Under the pieces are notes generated by a model that did not search any database, was not told where the DNA came from, and saw nothing but the letters and a program-made list of their open reading frames with translations. A DNA stretch of 64,000 nucleotides, taken from the NCBI GenBank assembly GCA_963662465.1, contig OY759599.1, positions 6,400,001-6,464,000 of the forward strand. Reading direction: 5' to 3'. Positions 1 through 10,207 of the stretch are shown one piece after another; position 1 is the first letter of the stretch; every line of letters begins with the position of its first letter. Both the position numbers and the translations under genes were made by a program. The stretch comes from Desulfatiglandales bacterium (GTDB lineage: Bacteria > Desulfobacterota > DSM-4660 > Desulfatiglandales > Desulfatiglandaceae).

Positions 1-89
1 CAGTTCACAGGGTGCAGTTGTCAGGGTGCAGAAAAATCAGCTTCGAATTATATCCTGCCCCCTGACAACTGTCCTCTGCCCCCTGTGAA
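1..89. repeat. Inverted arms of 7-nt CAG-N4 tandem repeats forming a gene-less hairpin
   Basis: cagttca cagggtg cagttgt cagggtg cag (1-31) faces ctgcccc ctgacaa ctgtcct ctgcccc ctgtgaa (55-89); the left arm may be cut by the window edge. Confidence 0.8.
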
Positions 90-103
90 GATAACGCCTT
101 GAA

Positions 104-1213
104 TTAAATTTTAATCAACTCATATTTTCGACTGCCAAGTCCGATATGTTCGCCGTGATCCAGTTGAATGGTCCAGTCAATTTTGGGATATACCGCACGG
201 AATTTATCTTCCCCCGATTTTAGACCTTCCTTGAGGCAGCTTCCCACGACCGCGACCTGATGGTTGACCAGATCCGCGGAAGCCTGATCAATGGCGATGG
301 GATCTTTTGAGGCCACAATTCCCACATCATGGACAATGGCTGCATCGCTGTGTCCGTAACAGTCACAGGCCGGAGAAATATTCGTCAGGAAATTCAGAAA
401 AAAGGCTTTTTGATCTTTCCCCTGGAGGACGGCCAGGGTGTATTCCGCCATCTTTTTTTGAAAAAGCGGAATATCCGCATTCCAATTGACATCAATGGCG
501 CCGTTAGGGCAAATGAGAATGCATTCGCCGCATCCCACGCATTTTTTGGGATCGATGAATGCTTTTTCTTCCTTCAAGGAGATGGCCTTGCTGGCGCAAT
601 GCTGAACGCATTCACCACACCCCACGCATTTTTTCTTTTTAACCTTTGGGGATAAATCAGAGTGCTGGGCCATTTTCCCCTTTCTCGACGCACATCCCAT
701 GCCCAGATTCTTGAGGGTTCCGCCAAATCCGGTAAGTTCGTGTCCTTTGAAGTGGGCCACGCTGATCAAAGCATCCGCTTCTACGATGTCCTTTGCAATA
801 AAGGCTGTTTTGATATACTCTTGATCAATTTTAACCCTCTTAAAGGAAGCGCCCCGGATCCCGTCCGCGATAATGATGGGCGCGTTTACCACCGAGTAGG
901 CGAACCCGTTTAAAACGGCGGTATGCAGGTGTGAAACGCTGTCGCTTCTTGTTCCCGCATAGAGTGTGTTGGCGTCGGTTAAGAAAGGGATTGCCCCAAG
1001 TCCTTCAACTCGATCCACGATCGTCCTGAGGAAGTTGGGGCGAACAAAAGCGGCATTCCCCTTTTCGCCGAAATGCAATTTAATGGCTGTAAGGTTCCTT
1101 TCAGCCACCACATCGTCCATGCCCGCTGTTTCCATAAGCCTGTTTAACTTCATAAAGATATTCTCTTTAAAAGAAGTTCTGAGGTCCGAAAAATATACTT
1201 TGCTCATTGCCAT
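104..1213 (-). CDS. DUF362 family protein with 2x[4Fe-4S] ferredoxin domain
   Basis: KLHFGE and HFKGH...GGTLKNLGMG motifs, two CxxCxxCxxxC clusters, CDC motif; GGAGG SD upstream of ATG 1213. Confidence 0.85.
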   Translation of the reverse strand: MAMSKVYFSDLRTSFKENIFMKLNRLMETAGMDDVVAERNLTAIKLHFGEKGNAAFVRPNFLRTIVDRVEGLGAIPFLTDANTLYAGTRSDSVSHLHTAVLNGFAYSVVNAPIIIADGIRGASFKRVKIDQEYIKTAFIAKDIVEADALISVAHFKGHELTGFGGTLKNLGMGCASRKGKMAQHSDLSPKVKKKKCVGCGECVQHCASKAISLKEEKAFIDPKKCVGCGECILICPNGAIDVNWNADIPLFQKKMAEYTLAVLQGKDQKAFFLNFLTNISPACDCYGHSDAAIVHDVGIVASKDPIAIDQASADLVNHQVAVVGSCLKEGLKSGEDKFRAVYPKIDWTIQLDHGEHIGLGSRKYELIKI

Positions 1214-1301
1214 TTCTTTTCCTCCCGTTGGAATATTTGGCTTAAACCACCCATAACCGGAGACCGGATTTTTCATTGACAAAGGTACGGTACTGGATTA
1301 T

Positions 1302-1994
1302 TTGTTTATACTCAAGTTTTATAGTGAGTCTATTTTTTTGATGGATGGCATACACATCCGAGAAGATAACAGAATGAACGGAAAAGCTTTTTTTGCCGGT
1401 TTTGTGGTTGTGGCGCTCCTGTTAGCTTCCTTTGTGGACGGTTTTGCTGAGGAGCCCAAGAGCATATTGAGCATCGAAGCTTATGATATGCTGAATACGG
1501 TTCCCGACACTTACCTCATTGATGTGAGGACAAGGGCGGAGTACCAGCTTGTGGGTCACCCCATCAACGCCTATTTGTTCCCGTATGTGTTCTGGGCCGC
1601 CAAACTCGACAAAGCGGGCGATCGGTACGAATATGGCATGGATAGGAAGAACAGAGCGTTTCTAAAGGAGGTTGGCAAGGTATTCAAGAAGACGGACAAT
1701 TTATTGATTCTGTCGAGGGATGGGACGATAGGCGCGCTTGCGGCAAAAGAACTCTTGGATGCCGGGTTCAAAAAGGTTTATGAAGTTGAAGATGGCTTTG
1801 AAGGTTCCGAATTTCCGGTTTTTAAGGATAGCCATAAGAACAAGTTTTACCGTCAGCTTGCAAAAAGAAATAAAATTTACAGTTTTAACCACCGACGACA
1901 CTATGGGTGGCAATGGTGGGGGCTCCCCTGGACCTATGATATAGATCCGAAGTTTGTATATCCTCCGGATCTGGCGCCATCTGAAAGGAATTAG
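1302..1994 (+). CDS. Exported rhodanese-like domain protein (true start probably 1373)
   Basis: LIDVRTRAEY..VGHP and VEDGFEG motifs, C-terminal GW...GLPW; signal-like hydrophobic N-terminus. Confidence 0.8.
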   Translation: MFILKFYSESIFLMDGIHIREDNRMNGKAFFAGFVVVALLLASFVDGFAEEPKSILSIEAYDMLNTVPDTYLIDVRTRAEYQLVGHPINAYLFPYVFWAAKLDKAGDRYEYGMDRKNRAFLKEVGKVFKKTDNLLILSRDGTIGALAAKELLDAGFKKVYEVEDGFEGSEFPVFKDSHKNKFYRQLAKRNKIYSFNHRRHYGWQWWGLPWTYDIDPKFVYPPDLAPSERN

Positions 1995-2059
1995 GGAGGC
2001 AAAAATGGATTCTCAAGCGCTGGTTGATTTGATGAACCAGGTAGAAGAAAAGGAGGCGA

Positions 2060-2386
2060 ATGATGGTGGATATATTGCACGTTACGGATGCGGATTTTGA
2101 GCAGGAAATAATCAAGTCGGAAATCCCGGTGATGGTTGATTTCTGGGCGGAATGGTGTGGTCCCTGTAAAATAGTTGGGCCAACGGTGGAAGAATTGGCA
2201 AAGGACTACGCAGGCAAGGTGAAGATTGCCAAAATGGATGTGGATAAAAACCGTGAGACCCCGACGCGTTTCGGTATCCGGAATATTCCTACCCTCATTC
2301 TTTTCAAAAACGGCGAAGTGGTGGAAACCATTGTGGGGGCACATCCCAAGAGCCACCTGGAAGAGGAATTAAATAAGCTCCTCTAA
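2060..2386 (+). CDS. trxA: Thioredoxin
   Basis: [11 protein letters not shown] active site, 108 aa, AGGAGG SD. Confidence 0.97.
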   Translation: MMVDILHVTDADFEQEIIKSEIPVMVDFWAEWCGPCKIVGPTVEELAKDYAGKVKIAKMDVDKNRETPTRFGIRNIPTLILFKNGEVVETIVGAHPKSHLEEELNKLL

Positions 2387-2417
2387 GAAATGATCGGACA
2401 AGGAGTCGGAAGATACA

Positions 2418-3332
2418 ATGGAAGATCTTATTATCATCGGTGCCGGACCGGCGGGTCTCACGGCGGGTTTATATGCGGCAAGGGCTCGTCTTAAAACTGT
2501 TTTGCTTGAAAAACTGGCGCCCGGAGGCCAGATTCTGACCACGGACTGGGTTGAAAATTACCCCGGTTTTCCCGAGGGTCTCTCCGGCTATGACTTGGTG
2601 GACCGAATGAAGCGTCAGGCTGAACATTTTGACCTGAAAATTCAGGGAGACGAGGTCGTCCGGTTGGAATTGACGCCTGAAAAAAAAAGGGTTGTCACGA
2701 ATAAAGGGGTCCTGGAAACAAAGGCCTTGATCCTGGCCACCGGTGCATCGCCCAGAAAACTGGGGATCGAAGGTGAAGGCCTTCTCACGGGAAAAGGCGT
2801 CTCTTATTGTGCTACCTGCGATGGACCTTTTTACAGGGATCAGGCGGTTGCGGTGATCGGCGGCGGTGATACCGCCGTGGAAGAGGCGCTGTTTCTCACC
2901 AAATTCGCCAGCCGGATTCACCTGGTACACCGACGGGATGCGCTGAGGGCTACAAAATTGCTTCAGGAGCGTGCCGCGGCCGCTGAAAAGGTGGCCTTCG
3001 TATGGGACTCAGTGCCGACCCGAATTCTGGGGCAGGCAGGCGTCGAAGGGGTTGAACTCAAAAATGTGAAAACCGGGGAATTGTCCATCCTTCCCGTTGA
3101 AGGGGTTTTTGTATTTATCGGTTATAATCCCAGCAATGATCTGGTTGTGGACCTCCCGCTTAATTTTGATACTTTAGGTTTCATAGAAACGGACCCCAAC
3201 ATGGAAACATCTATGCCGGGTGTGTTTGCGGCGGGCGATATTCGATCAAAACTGCTGCGGCAGGTCAGCACGGCGGTAGGCGATGGCGCCACGGCCGCTT
3301 TTGCCGCTGAAAGGTATATTGAAGGTCTTTAG
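2418..3332 (+). CDS. trxB: Thioredoxin-disulfide reductase
   Basis: GAGPAG FAD motif, GVSYCATCDG, GGGDTAVEEA, VFAAGD. Confidence 0.97.
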   Translation: MEDLIIIGAGPAGLTAGLYAARARLKTVLLEKLAPGGQILTTDWVENYPGFPEGLSGYDLVDRMKRQAEHFDLKIQGDEVVRLELTPEKKRVVTNKGVLETKALILATGASPRKLGIEGEGLLTGKGVSYCATCDGPFYRDQAVAVIGGGDTAVEEALFLTKFASRIHLVHRRDALRATKLLQERAAAAEKVAFVWDSVPTRILGQAGVEGVELKNVKTGELSILPVEGVFVFIGYNPSNDLVVDLPLNFDTLGFIETDPNMETSMPGVFAAGDIRSKLLRQVSTAVGDGATAAFAAERYIEGL

Positions 3333-3341
3333 ACCTGGATT

Positions 3342-4064
3342 GTGATGATGAGAATCAAGCGGTTAAAATGGGTGTTGTTGATCATTTGCGGGCTTTTTCT
3401 TCTGAGCGGCTGTTCTCTGTGGCATAGTTTGTTCGGGTCGGAGGATGAACCGACCCCCGCCGAGATTATGAGCGAGGCCATGGAGGATTTTAATGAGGGT
3501 CGATTCGAAAAAGCCGTTGAGACGTTTCAAAAAATCAAGGACCGCTATCCTTACAGCACCTTCGCCATCACCGCGGAGCTGAAAATGGCCGATGCCCTTT
3601 ACGAGCGGGGGCAGTATGACGAAGCCCGTGATGAATACGCCGAATTTGAAAAAATGCATCCCAGAAATAAAAATGTCCCCTATGTCCTCTATCAGCAGGG
3701 GATGTGTTATTTCAACAAATCATCGTCCATTGACAGGGATCAGTCCAATACGCTCAAGGCCAGGGAAGAGTTCGAGCGGCTGATTAAACGGTTCCGCAAA
3801 AGCGACTATACGGAGCAGGCTCGCAGAAAGGTCCGGGAGTGCTATGTCAAGCTGGCGGAACATGAACTTTATGTGGGGGATTTCTACTTTAAAAAAGGCA
3901 AATACAAAACCGCCATGGACAGGTATCTTTACCTGATTGCCCATTATCCCGATGTGGGCCAATATTACCAGGCCCTTGAATCCGTTAAAAAATGCAAGGA
4001 CAAAATCAAGGCATTAAACGGGTCTGAAGAAACCTCCTGGCTGGATGGTTTCCTATACGAGTAG
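3342..4064 (+). CDS. bamD: Outer membrane protein assembly lipoprotein BamD
   Basis: Lipobox LSGC, TPR repeats, DRDQ and LAEHELYVGDFY motifs. Confidence 0.92.
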   Translation: MMMRIKRLKWVLLIICGLFLLSGCSLWHSLFGSEDEPTPAEIMSEAMEDFNEGRFEKAVETFQKIKDRYPYSTFAITAELKMADALYERGQYDEARDEYAEFEKMHPRNKNVPYVLYQQGMCYFNKSSSIDRDQSNTLKAREEFERLIKRFRKSDYTEQARRKVRECYVKLAEHELYVGDFYFKKGKYKTAMDRYLYLIAHYPDVGQYYQALESVKKCKDKIKALNGSEETSWLDGFLYE

Positions 4065-6686
4065 GTTGTAAAGAGCTTCAAGGGCTTCCGCCAGTTTTTC
4101 CGGTTTGTTGCCCCCGCCCTGGGCCATGTCCGGTCGTCCGCCGCCTTTTCCGCCAACGATGCCGGACAATTCCCTGATAATCCGACCGGCATTAAATTGA
4201 CCCGTCAAATCTTTCGTCACGGCACATATGAGCATGACCTTGTCCTGGGCCTTGGCCCCCAGCAGGACAATGCCGGAACCGATTTTGTCTTTGATTCGAT
4301 CCACGGCCTCCCGAAGTTCTTTGGGCGTATCGGCTTCCAGTTCTCTTGCAACCACTGAAATCCCTTGTATTTTTTTGATGCCCTGAACCAGGTCCTCCGA
4401 CTTTTCCGTAAAAAGACGACCTTTCAAGGATTCAATTTCTCGCTCCTTTTCCCTGGTTTCATCCAGCAGTCGTTTAAGCCTATGGAGCAGCTGGTCTGGA
4501 GAAACTTTCAGCAGTGCGGCTGCATTTTTCAGGGTTTCATCTCGTTGTTGGTCGTATCGAAGCGCTGCTTCTCCCGTGAGCGCTTCAATGCGGCGGACAT
4601 TGGCGGCAACAGCGCTCTCACCGAGGATGCGAAAAGTACCGATATCGCCTGTTCGTTCGGCATGGGTGCCGCCGCACAATTCCAGGCTTACGTCGTTCCC
4701 AATGCCGACGAGTCTGACCTCGTCCCCGTATTTCTCTTCAAAGATGGCCATGGCCCCGGTTTTCATGGCGTCCTGCTTGCTCATGATCCGGGTGTTGAGC
4801 GCCAGATTTTCGCGGATACGGTCATTGACCCACCGTTCCACTTCCAACAGGGTCTCCGCGGAAACCTGGGTGAAATGGCTGAAGTCAAACCGAAGCCTGT
4901 CGGAAGCCACACGACTTCCTGCCTGTTTGACGTGATCCCCCAGAATTTCTCTCAGGGCCGCATGAAGCAGGTGGGTGGCGGAATGGTTGCCGGCGACCCT
5001 TATCCGCTGTTTCCGGTCCACGGCAGTCTTGACTGTGTCCCCAATCGCCAGGGCGCCTTCTTCAACCTGGCCCCGGTGGACAATAAGATCCTGGCCGTAT
5101 TTGAAGGTTTTTTCGACCCTAAATCTCGCCGTCTCCCTTGAGAGCAGGCCCATATCTCCCACCTGTCCTCCGGATTCCGCGTAAAAGGGCGTTTGATCCA
5201 GTATGACTTCCACCCAGTTGCCTGTTCCAGCCGAGGTGATCTCTTGTTGTTCGGCCACCATCGCAATGATCTTTGACTCGGTTTCAAGGGTTTCATAGCC
5301 GAGAAAGCGGCTTTTAAGACCGCGAGACAGAAAATTGCGAAAGGTCTCCGGCACCGCAGCTTCGCCGCTTCCTTTCCAGGATTCCTGGGAGAGCAAGCGT
5401 TGTTTGCCCATGGCTTTTTTGTACCCGATCAAGTCCACCTCAAGATTTTCATCCCGGGCCACATCTTCCACCAGGTCCACGGCCAGGCCGTAAGTGTCAT
5501 ACAGCTTGAAGGCAACGTCACCGGGTATGGTCCGTTCCCCTTTGTCCCGCAGCCTCCGGATTTCTTCTTCCAGAACCCTCATACTGTATTTGAGGGTGTC
5601 GGCGAACCGCCGTTCTTCGTTTTCCACAACGCCCAGGATAAAGCTCCTGGCGCCAAGGAGTTCCCCATAATCCCGGCCCATCAAATCAATCACATGGTTG
5701 CAAACGGAGCGGAGGAAAGTGTCTTCAAGGTTCAGGCCCTGGCCAAATCGGCCGGCGCGTCTGATAATGCGTCTCAACACGTATCCGCGGCCCTCGTTGG
5801 ACGGCATGATGCCATCGCCGATGAGAAAGGAAACCGCGCGTGCATGATCGGCGATGACGCGGAACGCCACATCCATTCGGTTATCGGCGCCGTAGTTTTT
5901 TTGCGACAGGGTCTCAATATGTCCGATGATGTCCCTGAATAGATCGGTGTCATAATTGCTTTTAACCCCCTGAATGACCGCTGCCAGTCGTTCCAGGCCC
6001 ATTCCCGTGTCGATATTGGGCTTTGGCAGCGGCGTGAGGGTGCCGTCAGGACTTCGGTCAAACTGCGTGAAGACCAGATTCCAGATTTCCAGGTAGCGGT
6101 CGCAGTCGCATCCCGGCGCGCAACCGGGCTGTCCGCATCCCACCGACGGTCCTTGATCAATATGAATTTCAGAACAGGGGCCGCAGGGTCCGGTGTCCCC
6201 CATGGCCCAGAAATTGTCCTTCTCCCCCAACCTTACGATTCTTTCCGCCGGCAGACCGATTTCTTTTTCCCAGATCTTATGGGCTTCGTCGTCATCCTGA
6301 TAAACGGAGACATGCAGAAGATCGGCCGGAAGTTTAAAGCCTTCCGTCAGCAGTTCCCAAGCCCAGAGAATGGCCTCTTCCTTGAAGTAATCCCCAAATG
6401 AAAAGTTTCCCAGCATTTCAAAAAACGTATGGTGCCTCGGGGTGTAACCGACGTTTTCCAGGTCGTTATGTTTTCCGCCGGCCCGCACGCATTTTTGGGC
6501 CGTGGTCGCTCTGGTGTAACCGGGCTTGTCTTCACCTAAGAAGGCGCCTTTGAACTGGACCATGCCGGCATTGGTAAAGAGCAGGGTTGGATCATCCCTG
6601 GGGATTAGGGATGAACTTTCTACAATTTGGTGGCCGTGTTTGCTGAAATAATCCAGAAACTGTTTCCTGATTTCCCTGAAATTCAT
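4053..6686 (-). CDS. alaS: Alanine--tRNA ligase
   Basis: DPTLLFTNAGM, HHTFFEMLGNFSFGDYFK, NHSATHLLH editing motif, ELCGGTH, GGKGGGRPDMAQ. Confidence 0.99.
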   Translation of the reverse strand: MNFREIRKQFLDYFSKHGHQIVESSSLIPRDDPTLLFTNAGMVQFKGAFLGEDKPGYTRATTAQKCVRAGGKHNDLENVGYTPRHHTFFEMLGNFSFGDYFKEEAILWAWELLTEGFKLPADLLHVSVYQDDDEAHKIWEKEIGLPAERIVRLGEKDNFWAMGDTGPCGPCSEIHIDQGPSVGCGQPGCAPGCDCDRYLEIWNLVFTQFDRSPDGTLTPLPKPNIDTGMGLERLAAVIQGVKSNYDTDLFRDIIGHIETLSQKNYGADNRMDVAFRVIADHARAVSFLIGDGIMPSNEGRGYVLRRIIRRAGRFGQGLNLEDTFLRSVCNHVIDLMGRDYGELLGARSFILGVVENEERRFADTLKYSMRVLEEEIRRLRDKGERTIPGDVAFKLYDTYGLAVDLVEDVARDENLEVDLIGYKKAMGKQRLLSQESWKGSGEAAVPETFRNFLSRGLKSRFLGYETLETESKIIAMVAEQQEITSAGTGNWVEVILDQTPFYAESGGQVGDMGLLSRETARFRVEKTFKYGQDLIVHRGQVEEGALAIGDTVKTAVDRKQRIRVAGNHSATHLLHAALREILGDHVKQAGSRVASDRLRFDFSHFTQVSAETLLEVERWVNDRIRENLALNTRIMSKQDAMKTGAMAIFEEKYGDEVRLVGIGNDVSLELCGGTHAERTGDIGTFRILGESAVAANVRRIEALTGEAALRYDQQRDETLKNAAALLKVSPDQLLHRLKRLLDETREKEREIESLKGRLFTEKSEDLVQGIKKIQGISVVARELEADTPKELREAVDRIKDKIGSGIVLLGAKAQDKVMLICAVTKDLTGQFNAGRIIRELSGIVGGKGGGRPDMAQGGGNKPEKLAEALEALYNLLV

Positions 6687-7732
6687 TATGTCTCCTGTGT
6701 TTTTTCTTCGACCGTTTCGCCCGATTTTTTATCGGTTTCTTCCGGGTCTTTTTTAAGCCCCGTTTTACGAAGAATCAGATCCTTAATTTTGTCTCTGATA
6801 TCCGTGTTTTCCGCCAGAAAGCGTTTTACATTTTGCCGGCCCTGGCCGATACGGTCGTCCTGAAAGGAATACCATGCGCCGCTTTTCTCCACGATCTCTA
6901 AAGATACGCCCAGATCGAGAATATCCCCTTCTTTTGAAATGCCTTCTCCATAAATGATGTCAAATTCCGCTTCCTTGAAGGGCGGGGCCACCTTGTTTTT
7001 CACCACCTTAACCCGGGTACGGTTTCCCACTACCTGATCGCCGTCTTTCAAGGCGCCGATCCGCCTGATGTCAAGGCGTTGGCTGGCATAGAATTTCAGT
7101 GCGTTGCCGCCCGTGGTGGTTTCGGGATTTCCAAACATGACGCCGATTTTCATGCGGATTTGGTTGATAAAAATGACGGAGGTTCTGGATTTGCTGATGG
7201 TTCCGGTGAGTTTTCGAAGGGCCTGGCTCATGAGCCTGGCTTGAAGACCCACATGGTGGTCGCCCATTTCCCCTTCAATCTCGGCTTTTGGCACCAGGGC
7301 GGCCACTGAATCGATAATGAGTACATCAATGGCGCCGCTCCGTACCAGGATTTCCGTGATATCCAATGCTTGTTCTCCCGTGTCCGGTTGGGAAACCAGC
7401 AGATTGTCCACATCCACCCCAAGCTTCCTGGCATACACCACGTCGAGAGCGTGTTCCGCATCCACAAAGGCCACCATGCCGCCCTTGGCCTGGGCTTCCG
7501 CCGCGACATGGAGCGCCAGGGTGGTTTTGCCGGAGGATTCCGGTCCATAAATCTCAATGACTCTGCCCCTGGGCACCCCGCCGACCCCAAGGGCCAGATC
7601 CAGGGTTAGAGATCCCGTGGATATCGCGGGGATATCGATGGCTTTACTGTCCCCCATCTTCATGATAGATCCCCGACCAAACTGTTTTTCTATTTGGGAA
7701 ATGGCTTGATCAACCGCTTTTTCTCTATCCAT
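6686..7732 (-). CDS. recA: Recombinase RecA
   Basis: [41 protein letters not shown] 7732 preferred from SD; stop overlaps alaS start (TAATG). Confidence 0.99.
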   Translation of the reverse strand: MDREKAVDQAISQIEKQFGRGSIMKMGDSKAIDIPAISTGSLTLDLALGVGGVPRGRVIEIYGPESSGKTTLALHVAAEAQAKGGMVAFVDAEHALDVVYARKLGVDVDNLLVSQPDTGEQALDITEILVRSGAIDVLIIDSVAALVPKAEIEGEMGDHHVGLQARLMSQALRKLTGTISKSRTSVIFINQIRMKIGVMFGNPETTTGGNALKFYASQRLDIRRIGALKDGDQVVGNRTRVKVVKNKVAPPFKEAEFDIIYGEGISKEGDILDLGVSLEIVEKSGAWYSFQDDRIGQGRQNVKRFLAENTDIRDKIKDLILRKTGLKKDPEETDKKSGETVEEKTQET

Positions 7733-7772
7733 TTGTCTCCCCTCTGTTACCTTTGGCAATGGTTCACTCCCT

Positions 7773-8363
7773 TTACAGGTTTAAAGATTTCCCAAACTCT
7801 CCCAGAGGCCAGGCATCCAACTTTGTGTAGATGGCGCCTCGGGGTGTGAGATCGCTCTTAAAAAGTACCAGCCCCCCCAGGGGGCAGGTTGGACCCTCCA
7901 GGTCTGCATATTCCGAGATCATATGATCCAAATGGGGCCAGGGCCGGGCATCCCTTTTGAATCGCCCCAGGGTCAAATGCGGCTTGAAAGACCTTTTTTC
8001 AGTTTTGATCCCAAAGGGTTTCAGGGTTTTTTGGAGTGCGTCCCTGAAACGCTCCATCCGATGAACATCCCCGCCAAGACCCATCCAGAGAACCCGTGGA
8101 TTGCGTCGATTGCCAAAAAACCCCAATTTTTCGATGGTTACAGTGAACCCTTCGTACTTGGCACAGACCTTTTTGACCGCTTTTCCAATGGGCGCTATCT
8201 GTTCCTCGGAAATATTCCCCATAAAAATTATGGTCAGGTGAATATTAGCCGGTTTCACCCATCGCACGTCCAGGGGCAACTCTTTTCCTGCTCGTGAAAC
8301 CTTTGAAATGATCGTTTTGATGTCAGGGGGCAGTTCAAATGCCAGGAATGAACGGATCTCCAT
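7773..8363 (-). CDS. thpR: RNA 2',3'-cyclic phosphodiesterase
   Basis: Two HxT motifs (HLTI, HLTL); usual position between cinA and recA. Confidence 0.93.
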   Translation of the reverse strand: MEIRSFLAFELPPDIKTIISKVSRAGKELPLDVRWVKPANIHLTIIFMGNISEEQIAPIGKAVKKVCAKYEGFTVTIEKLGFFGNRRNPRVLWMGLGGDVHRMERFRDALQKTLKPFGIKTEKRSFKPHLTLGRFKRDARPWPHLDHMISEYADLEGPTCPLGGLVLFKSDLTPRGAIYTKLDAWPLGEFGKSLNL

Positions 8364-9591
8364 TAAGATACCTGCGAACCCAGTCCAGGGCCATCATGGC
8401 GCTGTTCAACTTCACCTGTTTCCTTTTTCCCCAGAACCGGTATTTTTCCGTAAAAGTCTCTTTTTCGCAACAAAGGCCCACATGAACCGTCCCGACGGGT
8501 TTGTCCCTGCTTCCCCCGTCAGGCCCGGCAATTCCGGTTACGGCCAGACCCAGGTCCGTATGCATGCATGCCCGCACCCCTATTGCCATTTCACGGGCCG
8601 TTTCAGCGCTGACCGCGCCATGGGTTTCAATGGTTTTGGGCGAAACTCCCAGTAAATCCACTTTTGCCTCATTGCTGTAAGAGATCACGCCGCCTTGAAA
8701 ATACCCTGAACTGCCCGCAACATCCGTCAATCGGTTTCCGATGAGCCCGCCAGTACAGGATTCCGCGACACCGAGGGTTTTGCCGGTTTTCAACAGCATT
8801 TTGCTCACAACTTCTTCCATTTCACGGCTGTCATTGGTGAAAATATAAGGGCCGACCATTTCGCTAATGGTTTTTTCGACCTGATCCAGCGTTTTTGAAA
8901 TGGTGGGCTCGTCTTTACCCCGTAAGCTGATGGTAATGTGGTTTTCAGGAAAATGGGGGTAGAATCCCAGAACCACTTCACCGATCTGTTCCTGCAAAGA
9001 TCTGAATATTTCAGCAATGCGTGGCTCATTAAGACCGTACAGCTTCATGATCCGCTGTCTCATGACCGGAAGCGTCTCATAGCGGCCCAGGATATCGGGT
9101 AGAACAAACGTGTTGATAAGGTAGCGCGTCTGGTCGGGAACGCCGGGGAGAAAATAGAAATTAACGCCCCGTTCCACAAGGGAAAAGCCGCAGGTCGCCC
9201 CCTTTGGATTAATCATCCTGGCCCCCTCAGGCATTAGCGCCATCTTTTTGAGGGGGTCCGTCATCTCAATTTTGCGTACCCGTGCGTATTGCTCGATTTT
9301 TTCCAACATCTGATCATCGAGACAAAGGGGGCGGTCAAGGGCATCGGCGGCAATCTCACAGGTCATGTCATCGGTCGTGGACCCCAATCCCCCGGTGACG
9401 ATGACAAAGCGGGAAGATGCCAGTGCGTTTTTGAGCGCATCGGCGGTTCTTTGTTTATCATCGCCCACGGATGTGACGCGAATCACTTTCAGGCCGGATG
9501 CGGTTAATCTGCCCGCGGCATACCAGGAATTCAGGTCCTGAGTCCTTCCGGAAACCAGTTCGTTTCCGATGGTGATGATTTCTCCGTGCAT
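8335..9591 (-). CDS. cinA: CinA family protein (MoCF-binding domain + NMN deamidase)
   Basis: IGNELVSG, VTGGLG, AESCTGG, HGAVS, TGIAGPDGG..KPVGTV. Confidence 0.95.
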   Translation of the reverse strand: MHGEIITIGNELVSGRTQDLNSWYAAGRLTASGLKVIRVTSVGDDKQRTADALKNALASSRFVIVTGGLGSTTDDMTCEIAADALDRPLCLDDQMLEKIEQYARVRKIEMTDPLKKMALMPEGARMINPKGATCGFSLVERGVNFYFLPGVPDQTRYLINTFVLPDILGRYETLPVMRQRIMKLYGLNEPRIAEIFRSLQEQIGEVVLGFYPHFPENHITISLRGKDEPTISKTLDQVEKTISEMVGPYIFTNDSREMEEVVSKMLLKTGKTLGVAESCTGGLIGNRLTDVAGSSGYFQGGVISYSNEAKVDLLGVSPKTIETHGAVSAETAREMAIGVRACMHTDLGLAVTGIAGPDGGSRDKPVGTVHVGLCCEKETFTEKYRFWGKRKQVKLNSAMMALDWVRRYLNGDPFIPGI

Positions 9592-9603
9592 TGTTTTCCT
9601 ATT

Positions 9604-9638
9604 TTAGCTATTAGCTTTTAGCCATTAGCTATTAGCAA
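9604..9638. repeat. Solo array of five 7-nt TTAGC-N2 repeats
   Basis: ttagcta ttagctt ttagcca ttagcta ttagcaa in the pgpA-cinA gap. Confidence 0.85.
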
Positions 9639-9649
9639 AAAACAAAAAG

Positions 9650-10207
9650 TCAAAAAGAGGCAAAGCAAAGGATAAATCTTAAACTCAAATTCGCATACAG
9701 CCCGGCCACCAGATCGTCCAGCACAATTCCCAGTCCCCCGTGGAGTCTTTCCGCCGCTTTTGCGGGCCATGGCTTCCAGATGTCAAAAATTCGAAACAGA
9801 ACAAAACCCACGGTCAGCGTTCCCCATGAAAGGGGAATCAGCAGCATGGTTAGCAGAAAACCTGCCACCTCATCAATCACCACTTCCGACGGGTCCACTC
9901 TTTCCAGAAGGTTCTGAACAACCTGTGACGCCCAAATGGCCACAAGGGTGATGATGATCAGGAGCAGGGCCCTGGCCAAGGGGGAGAGAATCGCCGACAG
10001 TGCCGCCAGAGGCACGGCCGCCAGGGTGCCGAAAGTTCCGGGCGCCATCGGGGATAGTCCGGCGCCAAACCATATGCCCAGAAGCAAGGCTGTTTTTCCG
10101 TAAACGCCGGCCTTCCTGAAAACCATCAGTGGCGTCATTTGTTCAGATCCGGTCTTTTGCAAACCCAAACCCTCTTTCACCCTTTCCGGTTCAGGGCGGT
10201 TATCCAC
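9650..10207 (-). CDS. pgpA: Phosphatidylglycerophosphatase A (start may be 10138)
   Basis: APGTFGT, DPSEVVIDEVAG, FRIFDIWKPWP, GGLGIVLDD. Confidence 0.95.
   Translation of the reverse strand: MDNRPEPERVKEGLGLQKTGSEQMTPLMVFRKAGVYGKTALLLGIWFGAGLSPMAPGTFGTLAAVPLAALSAILSPLARALLLIIITLVAIWASQVVQNLLERVDPSEVVIDEVAGFLLTMLLIPLSWGTLTVGFVLFRIFDIWKPWPAKAAERLHGGLGIVLDDLVAGLYANLSLRFILCFASF

Noticed and set aside
4365..5141. Long antisense ORFs over alaS (also over clpB 13458-14522 and the synthase 62422-63264)
   Set aside because: Shadow frames of well-conserved genes with no recognisable motifs
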